A stretch of 64,000 bases of DNA from an uncultured bacterium (GCA_963745865.1 CAVUYZ010000003.1:558262-622261), one strand, 5' to 3'; counted from the first letter of the stretch, positions 22,089 to 32,325 are shown. Notes: generated by a model from the sequence alone, not told the origin. A program made the numbers and translations.

Positions 22089-22237
22089 GTCGACTCCACC
22101 GTGCCGGTTGGCTCCTGTTCCTGCTCTCGGCCGGGCTCTTCGGAATCTCTGGCGTCCGCTCGGGCGACTGGCTTGTCGTCGCCGGGAGCATCGTGTTCGG
22201 GGCGGCGTGCGTGCTGTTCCTGCTACCTGATCGCTGA
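22085..22237 (+). CDS. Small two-TM hypothetical protein, 50 aa
   Basis: GTGA overlap with the previous gene; MSRLHRAGWLLFLLSAGLFGISGVRSGDWLVVAGSIVFGAACVLFLLPDR*. Confidence 0.6.
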   Translation: MSRLHRAGWLLFLLSAGLFGISGVRSGDWLVVAGSIVFGAACVLFLLPDR

Positions 22238-22280
22238 CCACGGAGCCTGTTCGGCAAAACGGCTATCGTGAGTGTCGTCA

Positions 22281-22354
22281 CGGGCTGTGGCGCAGTTTGG
22301 TAGCGCGCTTGACTGGGGGTCAAGAGGTCGGGAGTTCAAGTCTCCCCAGCCCGA
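22281..22354 (+). tRNA. tRNA-Pro (anticodon GGG); CCA end not encoded
   Basis: Acceptor stem CGGGCTG/CAGCCCG, D-loop AGTTTGGTA, anticodon arm CTTGA-CTGGGGG-TCAAG, T arm GGGAG-TTCAAGT-CTCCC. TATCGT -10 at 22264. Confidence 0.97.
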
Positions 22355-22457
22355 CAACACACACCTGGGGTGAACCCGTTCTTGTCCGGGTTGGCCGTCC
22401 ATATTCCTGTCGATCTTGACAAGAACGGGAATACGCAGGGGGGCACGAGGAGGGAAC

Positions 22458-23135
22458 ATGTCCGGACCGATGACGATGTATCTCTTCGTGCATGGAGCGA
22501 TCCAGCGCGAGGTGTCGGACATCGAGGCAGTTGCCAAGGAACTGAGGTGGGACGACCGCGCAGAGATCGAATCGCTCGGTGAGCGCCTCGACTGGTTCCG
22601 AACGATGACCCAACGCCACGAGGCCTCCGAGGAGGAGATCTTGTTCCCGGCTCTCGACCGCCGCATCGGATTCGTCTCCGAGACCTATGCGTTCGACCAC
22701 GACGATTTCGAGAACCACGTGTTCGACGGCATCTCTCGTGCACGGACAGGCCTCGCCCAATCGACGACCAGCGCGGAGCTGCGAGGGTTCGGCAACGAGA
22801 TGTACCGAGAGAGCGTCGCGCTGCACGAACACATGCGATTGCACATTTCGAAGGAGAATGAGCTCCTGTTGCCCCATCTCGAGACCGAATTCGATATCTC
22901 CGAGCAGGCCGAGATCGCCGGAGCGATGGCAGGCATGTTCGATCCGCAGTTGATGGCTCAGGTCGTCGACTTCACGTATCGATGGCACTCGACCTCTGAT
23001 CGGGTTGCGATGCTCCAGTTCCTCCACGCGATTCTTCCGTCCCCCGCATTCGAGGGGCTCAGCGGCCATCTGGCGACCCGCAACCCTGACAGCTGGCCGG
23101 AGGTTCAGAAGCGACTGACGGAGTCGATCGACTGA
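22458..23135 (+). CDS. Hemerythrin (HHE) domain protein
   Basis: VHGAI, HEASEEEILFPAL, DHDDFE, HISKENELLLP. GAGGAGG SD before ATG 22458. Confidence 0.88.
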   Translation: MSGPMTMYLFVHGAIQREVSDIEAVAKELRWDDRAEIESLGERLDWFRTMTQRHEASEEEILFPALDRRIGFVSETYAFDHDDFENHVFDGISRARTGLAQSTTSAELRGFGNEMYRESVALHEHMRLHISKENELLLPHLETEFDISEQAEIAGAMAGMFDPQLMAQVVDFTYRWHSTSDRVAMLQFLHAILPSPAFEGLSGHLATRNPDSWPEVQKRLTESID

Positions 23136-23284
23136 ACGCCAGAGTCTTGGAGTGGGTCACCATCGCGCCATGCCGCAGTCAGCCGAATCGTGATGGCATC
23201 GATCTCGCCTGAGTCGAACATCGGACCGGTCGTCCGTTCTCCTGTCGAAGGTCCTTCGATCGCTGTCTTCTTTTTGAGCGTTTG

Positions 23285-23313
23285 TTGCACCTCATAGGCC
23301 CGATCCCTAGACT
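23285..23313 (+). promoter_or_regulatory. Housekeeping-sigma promoter of the ABC operon
   Basis: TTGCAC-N17-TAGACT. Confidence 0.7.
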
Positions 23314-23383
23314 TTGGCAGTCGGTAGGTCATCTCCAATGACCCGACCATTCGCAAGGGATGAACCCAATGGAGGACCAACTG

Positions 23384-25402
23384 GTGAATACAACCCCCGC
23401 CCGATGGCGCTGGCTGGCACTGTTCCTCGTCATGGGTCTCGTAGCAGCTGCGTGCTCGTCGGAAACGACTGACACGACCGCATCGGGAGATACCGGTACG
23501 GACGACACAACGGAGACAACGGCTGCTCCAGACACCACTGATGAAACGACGCCACCCCCCGCCGAGGGCTTCACATACCAAATCGCGATCTTCTCGGACC
23601 CGACGACCGACAACCCCTGGGCTGCGCTCGACACCGAGAACGACGTATGGACCGGCTACGTAAACCCCGACATGGCAGCGCTCTATACCTATCAGGGCCC
23701 CACGTACACGCTGATCCCGAACATGGCCGAAGACGATGCGCCCCCCGAGGTCGAAGCTGATGGCGACAACTGGTCGGTGACCGTCAACCTCCAGGACGAC
23801 GTGACCTGGTCCGATGGCGAGCCAATGGACGCAGAAGACGTCGTCTTCACGTTCAACACGCTCGTGAAGTACGACGGTCTCGGTGGGAACTTCCCCGCTC
23901 TGTGGCCGCTCGCCACCGATCCGGTCGAAGACGATCCAGCAACTGCCGACGTCGACGAGACAGCGCCCGCCGGTAACGGTGTCCTCAATGTCGAGGCGAT
24001 CGATCCGTTGACCGTGAAGATCACGTTCAACTTCGAGCCGGGTCTCGCCATCTGGCCGTTCAACGTCGGTGTTGCACCGGTGTTCCCCGAGCACTTCTGG
24101 GGCCCGATCGTCGACGAGAACGACACCTTCGAAGGCATGTACTCCGCAAGTGGTCTCGGCGGTCCTTCTGCTGAAGGATTCGAGTCCGCGGAGCGTGAGC
24201 CCGGCGCCTTCTGGCGTAATGAGGCCGTAGCGAACTACTACAACAAGGGCGCGCAGTACAGCGTGTACGACAACGGCGCGGTGGAGTACACCGATCCCGC
24301 CGGCGTGACCGAGGTCTATGGCGGTGAGCCGAGCGGCGAGACCGTCGCCTCGTACACCGAGGGGCCATTCGCCTCCGAAGTCGTGTTCTCGCTCTACTCC
24401 GACCAGAACTCGGCAGTTCTCGCACTCACCGATGGTGAAGTCGACTTCCTGCTGAACTCTCTCGGTCTGCAGCGGGGTCTCCAGACCCTGGTGCTCTCGG
24501 AGCCGAACCTCAACGTGATCGTGAACGAGCAGAACGGTTTCCGCTATCTGTCGTTCAACACACGTAAGTTCCCGATGAACGAGGTCTCGTTCCGTCAGGC
24601 GATCGCCTGTCGGATCGACAAGGGCTTCATGGCCGACACCGTTCTCGGTGGCGCAGCCATCGCATCCAACTCGCTGGTGCCCCCGGGCAACAGCTTCTGG
24701 GCCAACCCTGATCTGACTGGAACTTGTGCGGGACAGAGCGAACAAGAGCGCTTTGAGTCCGCCAAGGCCTTCCTCGTCGACGCAGGCTGGACCTGGGATG
24801 TCGAGCCGGTCTGGAACGAGGACAACCTCGACGTGTTGCCGCAGGGCGAAGGCCTCCGCGGGCCGGACGGGACGGCTGTACAGCCGCTCGAGCTGCTGGC
24901 TCCGGGACCTGGTTACGACCCGCTCCGTGCGACCTACTCGCTCTTCATCGAAGAGTGGGCAACCGATCTCGGAATCCCGGTCACGGCCAACCCAACCGGC
25001 TTCTCGGTCATCGTTGACCAGGTCTTCGCCACTGGCGAAGGCGCTCTGGAGTGGGACATGTACATCCTGGGATGGGGCCTCGGCATCTTCCCGGACCACG
25101 TGTTCGACTTCTTCGTGTCCGACCAGGACTCGGCAGACGGTGGCTTCAACACTCCGGGGTACAACAACCCAGAGTTCGATGCGCTCGCTGACGAGTTCAA
25201 CTCGGCGAAGACTCTCGAAGAGGCTCGCGACCTGATTTTCCAGGGCGATGCGATCATCAACGAGGAGCTGCCGTACGTGGTTCTGTTCACGACACCGCTC
25301 ATCGAGGCATATCGCAACAGCATCGAGTTCCCGTTCACAACGACGCTCGATGGTGTGCAGGCCTTCCAAGGACTCGCCGGCGCAGTCACCGCCAGCGACT
25401 GA
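23384..25402 (+). CDS. ABC transporter substrate-binding lipoprotein, family 5 (peptide/nickel type)
   Basis: Lipobox VAAAC, TWSDGEPMDAEDVVFTF, YLSFNTRKFP, YNNPEFDAL, ELPYVVLF. GGAGG SD before GTG 23384. Confidence 0.92.
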   Translation: MNTTPARWRWLALFLVMGLVAAACSSETTDTTASGDTGTDDTTETTAAPDTTDETTPPPAEGFTYQIAIFSDPTTDNPWAALDTENDVWTGYVNPDMAALYTYQGPTYTLIPNMAEDDAPPEVEADGDNWSVTVNLQDDVTWSDGEPMDAEDVVFTFNTLVKYDGLGGNFPALWPLATDPVEDDPATADVDETAPAGNGVLNVEAIDPLTVKITFNFEPGLAIWPFNVGVAPVFPEHFWGPIVDENDTFEGMYSASGLGGPSAEGFESAEREPGAFWRNEAVANYYNKGAQYSVYDNGAVEYTDPAGVTEVYGGEPSGETVASYTEGPFASEVVFSLYSDQNSAVLALTDGEVDFLLNSLGLQRGLQTLVLSEPNLNVIVNEQNGFRYLSFNTRKFPMNEVSFRQAIACRIDKGFMADTVLGGAAIASNSLVPPGNSFWANPDLTGTCAGQSEQERFESAKAFLVDAGWTWDVEPVWNEDNLDVLPQGEGLRGPDGTAVQPLELLAPGPGYDPLRATYSLFIEEWATDLGIPVTANPTGFSVIVDQVFATGEGALEWDMYILGWGLGIFPDHVFDFFVSDQDSADGGFNTPGYNNPEFDALADEFNSAKTLEEARDLIFQGDAIINEELPYVVLFTTPLIEAYRNSIEFPFTTTLDGVQAFQGLAGAVTASD

Positions 25403-25411
25403 TACCAACTA

Positions 25412-25464
25412 CCTGGTGACGACTGGGGCCCGGGCATCATGCCCGGGCCCCAGTTCCACCCAGG
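25412..25464 (+). terminator. Long intercistronic hairpin after the SBP gene
   Basis: Perfect 16-bp inverted repeat ACTGGGGCCCGGGCAT / ATGCCCGGGCCCCAGT (25422-25454), extended by CCTGGTG / CACC(C)AGG. Confidence 0.7.
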
Positions 25465-25643
25465 CAACCGCCTGTCGCGCACGACCAACGGGTGTTTCGG
25501 GAATCCGCATCGACAACGGTGAAGATTCTCGAGTCACTCGGCTCCACCCCCGAGAGCAGGCGGGCAGTAACATGCCGGCACTTGCCGGCCCCCGGCAGCG
25601 GGTAGACGAGCAATGTGGTTCCGTGTGAGAGGAGAACACGAGG

Positions 25644-26825
25644 ATGGGTAAGTACATGGCGCGGCGGGCCGTCCAGAGCGTGCTGCTGTTCATCGTGTTC
25701 ATCACCATCACGTGGTTCCTGCTCTATGCCCTCCCCGGCGACATCGTCGCCCAGAAGTTCCGCACCAACCCCAACATTCCGCCTCAGGCCGCTGAGGAAG
25801 CGATTCGACGACTCGGCCTCGATCGTCCGCTCCTCGAGCAGTTCTGGACGTATGTCACGGGGTTCTTCCGGGGCGACTTCGGTGTTTCGTTCAACCAGTA
25901 CCCGAGACCCGTCACCGAGATCATCGCCGAGCGGCTTCCACGCACGGTCGTGCTCTTCCTGACGGCGATCGTCACCTACTACTGGGCGGGCTTCATCGCC
26001 GGCAAGTACCTCGCCTGGCGACGTGGCAAGCGCGGCGAGATGGCCATCACCGTTGGCGGCGTCGGTCTCTTGACAGTGTTCTACCCGTGGTTCGCCCTGA
26101 TGTCGATCTGGCTGCTGGCGGCAAAACTCCAGCTGCTCCCGATCTCCAAGTTCCTGGATCCCTCCGAGTGGAGGAACGCGCCGTACACCGCCAATCAGGT
26201 CTTCATGCGGCTCTTCTATGTGGTGGCGATCACATCGGTCCTGCTGTTCGCGGTGCAGTACCTCGCCGGCCGGGTGCGCGACCGTGGCCCGGAGTTGGCG
26301 CTTCGCTTCGGGGGGACGGCCGTCGTCATCGCCGGGTTCTTCGCCTACTGGTGGGGCCCAGAAGCCGTGCAGACGATCCGTCCCTACGCCGGCGACATCG
26401 CCGAGCACCTGGTGCTCCCGGTGCTGGTGCTGACGCTCGTGAACTTCGCTGGGATCATGCTGCTGACGAGGAGCTCGATGCTCGAGACCATGCGGGAGGA
26501 CTTCATCCTCACAGCCCGAGCAAAAGGGCTACCGGAGAAGGCCGTGCGGGACAAGCACGCCGCTCGCACCGCGCTGCTGCCCGTGACGACGTCGCTGGTG
26601 CTGGCAGTCGCCACCGTCATCGATGGCGGCATCATCACCGAATTCGTGTTCTCGTGGCCCGGGATGGGTGAGATCTTGATCAGCTCGGTCACCAGCGAGG
26701 ACATCCCGCTGGCGGTGACCGCATTCTCGTTCATCGGCGTGATGGCGTTGCTCGGTCACTTCGTCGTCGACATGTTGTACGGCGTCCTGGATCCCAGGAT
26801 CCGTGTATCTGGAACGCCGGGTTGA
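25644..26825 (+). CDS. ABC permease (OppB/DppB type)
   Basis: LGLDRPLLEQF, GDFGVSF, RSSMLETMREDFILTARAKGL (EAA motif), EFVFSWPGMG. Confidence 0.93.
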   Translation: MGKYMARRAVQSVLLFIVFITITWFLLYALPGDIVAQKFRTNPNIPPQAAEEAIRRLGLDRPLLEQFWTYVTGFFRGDFGVSFNQYPRPVTEIIAERLPRTVVLFLTAIVTYYWAGFIAGKYLAWRRGKRGEMAITVGGVGLLTVFYPWFALMSIWLLAAKLQLLPISKFLDPSEWRNAPYTANQVFMRLFYVVAITSVLLFAVQYLAGRVRDRGPELALRFGGTAVVIAGFFAYWWGPEAVQTIRPYAGDIAEHLVLPVLVLTLVNFAGIMLLTRSSMLETMREDFILTARAKGLPEKAVRDKHAARTALLPVTTSLVLAVATVIDGGIITEFVFSWPGMGEILISSVTSEDIPLAVTAFSFIGVMALLGHFVVDMLYGVLDPRIRVSGTPG

Positions 26826-26838
26826 GGGGCGATCGATC

Positions 26839-27962
26839 ATGACCGACCTCGGACACCGGCCCGCAGATCAAGAGCACGCCGATCCGATCCAGACCGGCGT
26901 TGATGCTTCTGCAGATCGTCGCACAGTCCCTCTGGCAGATCCGATGGGCATTGTTCCGGCGCTCGTTCCTCGCAAACTGGAAGTTGTTTCGCCGCAACCG
27001 GATCGGGATCGCCGGTCTGCTGATCATCGGACTGTTCGCCGTGCTGGCGATCGCGCCGTTCGTGTTCTTCGCCACCGGCTATTGGAACGCAACGACCTAC
27101 GACCCCGTGACCGGACGGGAGTCGAATCCGCAGGAGGTGACGAAGACGGTCGTGCAGACCGTCGAGGACCCCGCCACCGAGGTCGATATCCGTCAGATCC
27201 TCCTCGATCCCCGGATCAACGCCCAGCTCGGCGACGTGGTCACCTTGACGCTCCAGCCGGCTCCACCCGATTCCCGCCATTGGCTCGGGACCGATCCCCT
27301 CGGCCGGGACATCATGTCACAGCTGATGTACGGGGCGAGAGCGGCATTCGGACTCGGGATCCTGGCGGCGGTGGTCACCGTCTTCATCGGCACCGTCGTC
27401 GGATCGGTCGCCGCCTTCTACGGAGGAAAGATCGACTCGCTATTCATGCGATTCGCCGATCTCCTCATCATGGTCCCCGGCCTGGCGATCCTGATCGTCC
27501 TCAGCTCGAGTGCTGGACTTCAAGCTGTGGCACCTGGCGCTGACCATCGGCATCCTCGGGGGATTCGGCGGCACCGCGATCGTTCTGAAATCGCAGGCGC
27601 TCTCCGTCAAGGTCAAGCCGTTCGTGGATGCGGCCCGCGTTGCAGGCGGATCCAACACCAGGCTGATCGTCAGTCACATCATCCCCAACGTCATGCCGCT
27701 GAGCTTCCTCTACATGATGTTCACGGTGACGACGGCCATCCAGAGCGAGGCGACGCTGTCGTTCATCGGCCTGCTCAACGTCGACATGTCGTGGGGCCTC
27801 ATGATCCAACTCGCCAACAACGAGGGCTACCTGCTCCAAGGCGCGACGTACTGGTGGATGGTCTTCCCCGCCGGTCTCGCAGTCACGTTCATCGCCATGG
27901 CGTTCTTCCTGGTGGGACGTGCGATGGACGAGGTCGTCAACCCGAGGTTGCGCGGCCGGTGA
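26839..27962 (+). CDS. ABC permease (OppC/DppC type); +1 indels at about 26930 and 27509
   Basis: HWLGTDPLGRDIMSQLMYGAR, FVDAARVAGGS..RLIVSHIIPN, EATLSFIGL, WWMVFPAG. Confidence 0.9.
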
Positions 27963-28017
27963 TCGTCCAGACACACAACGAACCCTTCACGATCGAACAG
28001 AGGAACCGAATCCCGTC

Positions 28018-29008
28018 ATGAGTCGACCGTTGCTCGAGGTAGACCACCTCGTCATGAACTACACAACCGAGAAGGGCGACGTCTCAGCCATCCAGGACGT
28101 CAGCTTCACCCTGCATCAGGGGGAGTCGCTGGGATTGGTGGGGGAGTCGGGCTGTGGCAAGACATCGATCGCCATGTCGCTTCTCCAGCTCGCAGCGGAC
28201 AACGCCCGCTACGACTCCGGCGAGATCCGGCTCGAAGGCACCAACCTGTTGGCTCTCTCGGGCGAGGAGATGCGCCAGCGCCGGTGGAGCGACATCTCGA
28301 TGGTCTTCCAGGGGGCCATGAACGCGTGGAACCCCGTCTACAAGGTCGGGGACCAGATCCGGGAGGCGATGGACATCCACTTCAACCCCCGCCTGGGCAA
28401 GGAAGAGATGGAATCCCGACTCCAGCGGCTCTTCGAACTCGTCGGGCTCAATCCGGCGATGATCGACCGGTATCCCCACGAGTTCTCCGGCGGGATGCGG
28501 CAGCGGGCCATCATCGCGATGGCGTTGTCGTGCGATCCCAAGGTGATCATCGCCGATGAGCCGACGACGGCGCTCGATGTGATCGTTCAGGATCAGATCC
28601 TCCAGGAGCTGAAGGCGATCCAGCGAGATCTCGGCATGTCCATCATCTACATCTCACATGACATCGCCGTCATCGCCCAGGTCACCGACACGATCGGTGT
28701 CATGTACGCCGGGAAGATGGTCGAGCTCGGCCCGACATCGGAGGTCTTCGCCAGCCCTCGCCATCCTTATGCATTCCTGCTGCTTGTCCTCCACCCCATC
28801 CGTCACGGGTCCGCGCCGTAAGCTCGCTCCCCTCGAGGGCGAGCCGCCCGATCTGCTGAATCCGCCGACCGGATGCCGCTTCCATCCGCGATGCCCATAC
28901 GCAACTGATCAATGTGTCACCGAGGAGCCCCCGATGGAGGGCGAGGGACACCTCGTTGCATGCTGGAACTGGCAACAGGTGCCCGAACTCGGAGGTCTCC
29001 GCAAATGA
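28018..29008 (+). CDS. ABC ATP-binding subunit (OppD type); +1 indel at about 28784
   Basis: [38 protein letters not shown]. Confidence 0.93.
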
Positions 29009-30022
29009 GCCAACCACTCCTGAAGGTCGAGAACCTCACCAAGTTGTTCCCTGTGTCGAAGGGCTATTCTGCGGGCACCGACCGACTTCATCCATGCGGT
29101 CGACGGGATCAACTTCGAGATCCAGCCAGGGGAGAGCCTCGGGCTGGTCGGCGAATCCGGATGCGGCAAGTCGACGACGGGCCGCATGCTGGTCAAGCTC
29201 GCGGAGACGACGTCCGGGCACATCCTCATGTCGGACAAGACCAGGACCGAAGACCTGATCGACATCGCCAACATCCCCCAGGACCAGATGAAGCGGTTCC
29301 GCCGGCGGGTCCAGATGATCTTCCAGGATCCCTATGAGTCGATGAACCCCCGCCGCACCGTCTTCGAGGCCGTCTCGGAGCCGCTCACGGTCCAGAACAT
29401 CGGAACGCTGCCCGAGCGCGAGCAGCGGGTATCCGAGATGCTGCAACTGGTCGGGTTGAGCCCTCCCGACGCCTTCCTGTTCAGGTATCCACACGAGCTC
29501 TCCGGTGGCCAGCGGCAACGCGTGGCCATCGCCAGGGCACTGGTCCTCGACCCATCGTTCGTCGTCGCCGACGAACCGACATCGATGCTCGACGTCAGCA
29601 TCCGAATCTCCATCATGGATCTCATGCTCAAGCTCGCCGACGAGTTCGACGTGTCCTATCTGTACATCACTCACGATCTCGCTGTTGCCAGGTACATGTG
29701 CGACCGAATCGCCGTCATGTACCTCGGCAAGATCGTCGAGATCGGCGACACCGAGGAGATCCTCGGGAATCCCCAACACCCGTACACGAAGGCTCTTCTG
29801 TCTGCCGTCCCGATCCCCGATCCGGGCCACAAACGGGAAGAAGTGAACATCAAGGGTGGGATCACCAAGGCGATCAACCCGGCACCGGAGTGCCGGTTCA
29901 TCCAGCGGTGCCCGTGGGTTCAGGACATCTGCCGCACCAGTGATCACCCCCCACTCGAAGACAAGGGCGACGGCCACTATGTCGCGTGCTACCTGGTCGA
30001 ATCGGCGCTAGCGAAGGCCTAG
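29005..30022 (+). CDS. ABC ATP-binding subunit (OppF type); +1 indel at about 29065
   Basis: [46 protein letters not shown]. Confidence 0.93.
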
Positions 30023-30075
30023 GTACCGACTCCGTCGGGGCGCAGCGCTCGACCAGTAGGCGGTACGCTCGTTCG

Positions 30076-30666
30076 GTGGCTGAGAACAAGACGCTCGCAC
30101 AGGACGCCCTGACGATCCCGAATCTGGTCTCGTTCGTGCGACTGCTCGGAATTCCGTACTTCTGGTATGTCTTGATCGGCCAAGATCGGCTCGGCCTGGC
30201 CGCATTGCTGATCTTCCTCATCGCCTCTACCGACTGGATCGACGGATGGTTGGCGCGCAAGCTCGACCAGGTGTCCGAGGTCGGAAAGATGCTCGACCCG
30301 CTCGCCGACAGGCTGATGATCGGCTCTGCGATCATCGGGGGCCTCATCGCCGGAGCGCTGCCCGTCTTCCTCGGAGTCGCGCTGATCGTCCGCGAGGTGG
30401 TGGTCGGTGGTGCGGCGATCTATCTAGGGATCGCCCACCGGACGACGATCGAGGTCAGGACACTCGGCAAGACGGCGACATTCCTGCTCTATGGATCGAT
30501 ACCATCCTTCTATCTCCTCGCAGCCGACATCGCCCCGTGGCTGTTCGGGCCACCGGCCTGGATTTCTGGGGTGAGCGGGCTGATCCTGTACTACCGGGTC
30601 GCCTGGGACTACCTCGTCGACACCCGGAATCGCATGGCGGAGACGCCGGAGACGGCAACCGCCTGA
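30076..30666 (+). CDS. CDP-alcohol phosphatidyltransferase (PgsA2-like)
   Basis: TIPNLVSFVRL, TDWIDGWLAR...G.MLDPLAD. Leaderless GTG start. Confidence 0.92.
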   Translation: MAENKTLAQDALTIPNLVSFVRLLGIPYFWYVLIGQDRLGLAALLIFLIASTDWIDGWLARKLDQVSEVGKMLDPLADRLMIGSAIIGGLIAGALPVFLGVALIVREVVVGGAAIYLGIAHRTTIEVRTLGKTATFLLYGSIPSFYLLAADIAPWLFGPPAWISGVSGLILYYRVAWDYLVDTRNRMAETPETATA

Positions 30667-30720
30667 GCCGATGTCGAGGCTCCGTCCACGAGCGATCTCT
30701 CCGACCTATGATCGGTGCCG

Positions 30721-31092
30721 ATGAATATTCCAGAGAATCTCCAGTACACCAAAGAGCACGAATGGCTGTCGATCGATGGCACAACGATGCGGATCGGCAT
30801 CACGGATTACGCCCAGGATCAGCTCGGCGACATCGTGTTCGTCGAGCTTCCGGACGTTGGTACAGACCTCGGCGACGGTGACGTTTTCGCCGAGGTCGAA
30901 TCCACGAAATCGGTTGGCGAGGTCTACGCACCGGTTCCTGGCACCGTCTCCGCTCGAAACGAAGCGTTGATGGACACCCCAGAGCTCGTCAACCAGGATC
31001 CGTACGGTGAGGGCTGGTTGATCGAAATGTCGGTCTCCGGTCCCCCTGACGAACTCCTGGATGCGGCCGCATACCGTGATCTGACCGAGTAA
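30721..31092 (+). CDS. gcvH: Glycine cleavage system H protein
   Basis: YTKEHEW, GITDYAQDQLGDIVFVELP, ESTKSV (lipoyl-Lys), NQDPYGEGWL. Confidence 0.96.
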   Translation: MNIPENLQYTKEHEWLSIDGTTMRIGITDYAQDQLGDIVFVELPDVGTDLGDGDVFAEVESTKSVGEVYAPVPGTVSARNEALMDTPELVNQDPYGEGWLIEMSVSGPPDELLDAAAYRDLTE

Positions 31093-31172
31093 AGACCCTC
31101 CGATAGGCGGGCGCGACAGCCCGTTTCCGGAACCGGCGCGACGACCCGTCGAGCAGGTACCCTTGGGGTCGT

Positions 31173-31631
31173 ATGCGATGCCCAAGTTGTTCAGAGCAGA
31201 TCCCCGAGGGCGTCTCGACCTGCCCGAAATGCGGTACGCACTTCGAGACCGACCCGACGATGGCCTATGTCCCGGTCGATCGGATCCATCCACACGTCGA
31301 TCGTCCGAGTGTGTCCAGGGTCGATGGAATCAGCGGGCACGCACTGGTTGTCGAGCGTGGACCTCGGGCGGGGATGACGTTCGTTCTCGCCAACGGAGTG
31401 ACCACCGTGGGGCGCCACCCGGACTCGGACATCTTTCTCGATGATGTGACAGTGAGCCGGCATCACTGTCGGTTCACGGCATCCGGTGAAGGGCTGACCG
31501 TCGAGGACTCTGGTTCGACCAACGGCACGTATGTCAACGATGCCAGAGTGGATTCGGCACCGCTCCTGCCCGGCGACGAGGTGCTGATCGGCCGCTTCCA
31601 CCTGCTGGTCGCGCACGGCGACACGTCATGA
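31173..31631 (+). CDS. Zinc-ribbon + FHA domain protein (GarA/OdhI position)
   Basis: CPSC...CPKC N-terminus; GRHPDSDIFLDDVTVSRHH, DSGSTNGTYVN, IGRF. Confidence 0.9.
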   Translation: MRCPSCSEQIPEGVSTCPKCGTHFETDPTMAYVPVDRIHPHVDRPSVSRVDGISGHALVVERGPRAGMTFVLANGVTTVGRHPDSDIFLDDVTVSRHHCRFTASGEGLTVEDSGSTNGTYVNDARVDSAPLLPGDEVLIGRFHLLVAHGDTS

Positions 31632-31647
31632 CGACCACGCCCCATCC

Positions 31648-32325
31648 ATGAGCCCCTCGGATCCGATGACGATCGGGGAGGTCATCAACGTCCTCAAAGA
31701 CGAGTTCCCCGACGTCTCTGTGTCAAAGGTTCGGTTCCTCGAGTCCCAGGGTCTCCTCGCCCCGGGGCGGTCTGACGGCGGCTACCGCCAGTTCGAACGC
31801 CACGACATCGACCGGCTCAGGTTCGTCCTTCGTCAGCAACGAGACCATTTCCTCCCGCTCAAGGTCATCAAATCCAAGTTGACGTTGTGGGAGCGAGGAG
31901 AGGACGCGACCCCGGAAGCCGGGCGGGACGTCGGCAGCCTGATCGATTCCGAGACCGACGCAGTCGCCCGCGAGGAGTTACTCAGGAGGAGCGGGTTGAC
32001 CGACGCCCAATTGGATGCGTTGATCGAGCACTCCCTGCTCTCGGTCGGGCCCGACGGTGTCTTCGAAGGTGAAGCCCTCCCGGTCGCCACCGATGCGCGG
32101 CGCCTGTTCTCTCACGGGTTGGAGGCGCGCCATCTGCGCACCATCGTTCATGCCGTCGAGCGTGAGGCTGACGTCCTTGCTCAACTCACCGCCCCACTGC
32201 GTCGGATGCGCAACCCCGAGGCACACGAGCAGGCCAAGAACATCCTCTCCGGCGCCGGTGAGGCGATGATCGCGGTCCACCGGGCCCTGTTGACCGCGGA
32301 GCTGAAGCGACTCGCGGAATCGTGA
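31648..32325 (+). CDS. MerR-family regulator (Rv1828/FtsR-like)
   Basis: MTIGEV...EFPDVSVSKVRFLESQGL, GGYRQF, QRDHFLPLKVI; syntenic with FHA and BFN genes. Confidence 0.88.
   Translation: MSPSDPMTIGEVINVLKDEFPDVSVSKVRFLESQGLLAPGRSDGGYRQFERHDIDRLRFVLRQQRDHFLPLKVIKSKLTLWERGEDATPEAGRDVGSLIDSETDAVAREELLRRSGLTDAQLDALIEHSLLSVGPDGVFEGEALPVATDARRLFSHGLEARHLRTIVHAVEREADVLAQLTAPLRRMRNPEAHEQAKNILSGAGEAMIAVHRALLTAELKRLAES

Noticed and set aside
22281-23135. Integrative element at tRNA-Pro
   Set aside because: No integrase and no duplicated tRNA 3' end seen in the window.
23105-25408. 767-aa minus-strand ORF, and similar long antisense ORFs at 6857..8299, 33501..34847 and 50410..52065
   Set aside because: They lie antisense to well-supported genes, have no recognisable motifs, and are expected shadows of high-GC codon bias.
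31628-31651. Seven-codon ORF MTTTPHP bridging the FHA and FtsR-like genes
   Set aside because: More likely the true N-terminus of the regulator displaced by an indel, or chance; no evidence for a leader peptide.
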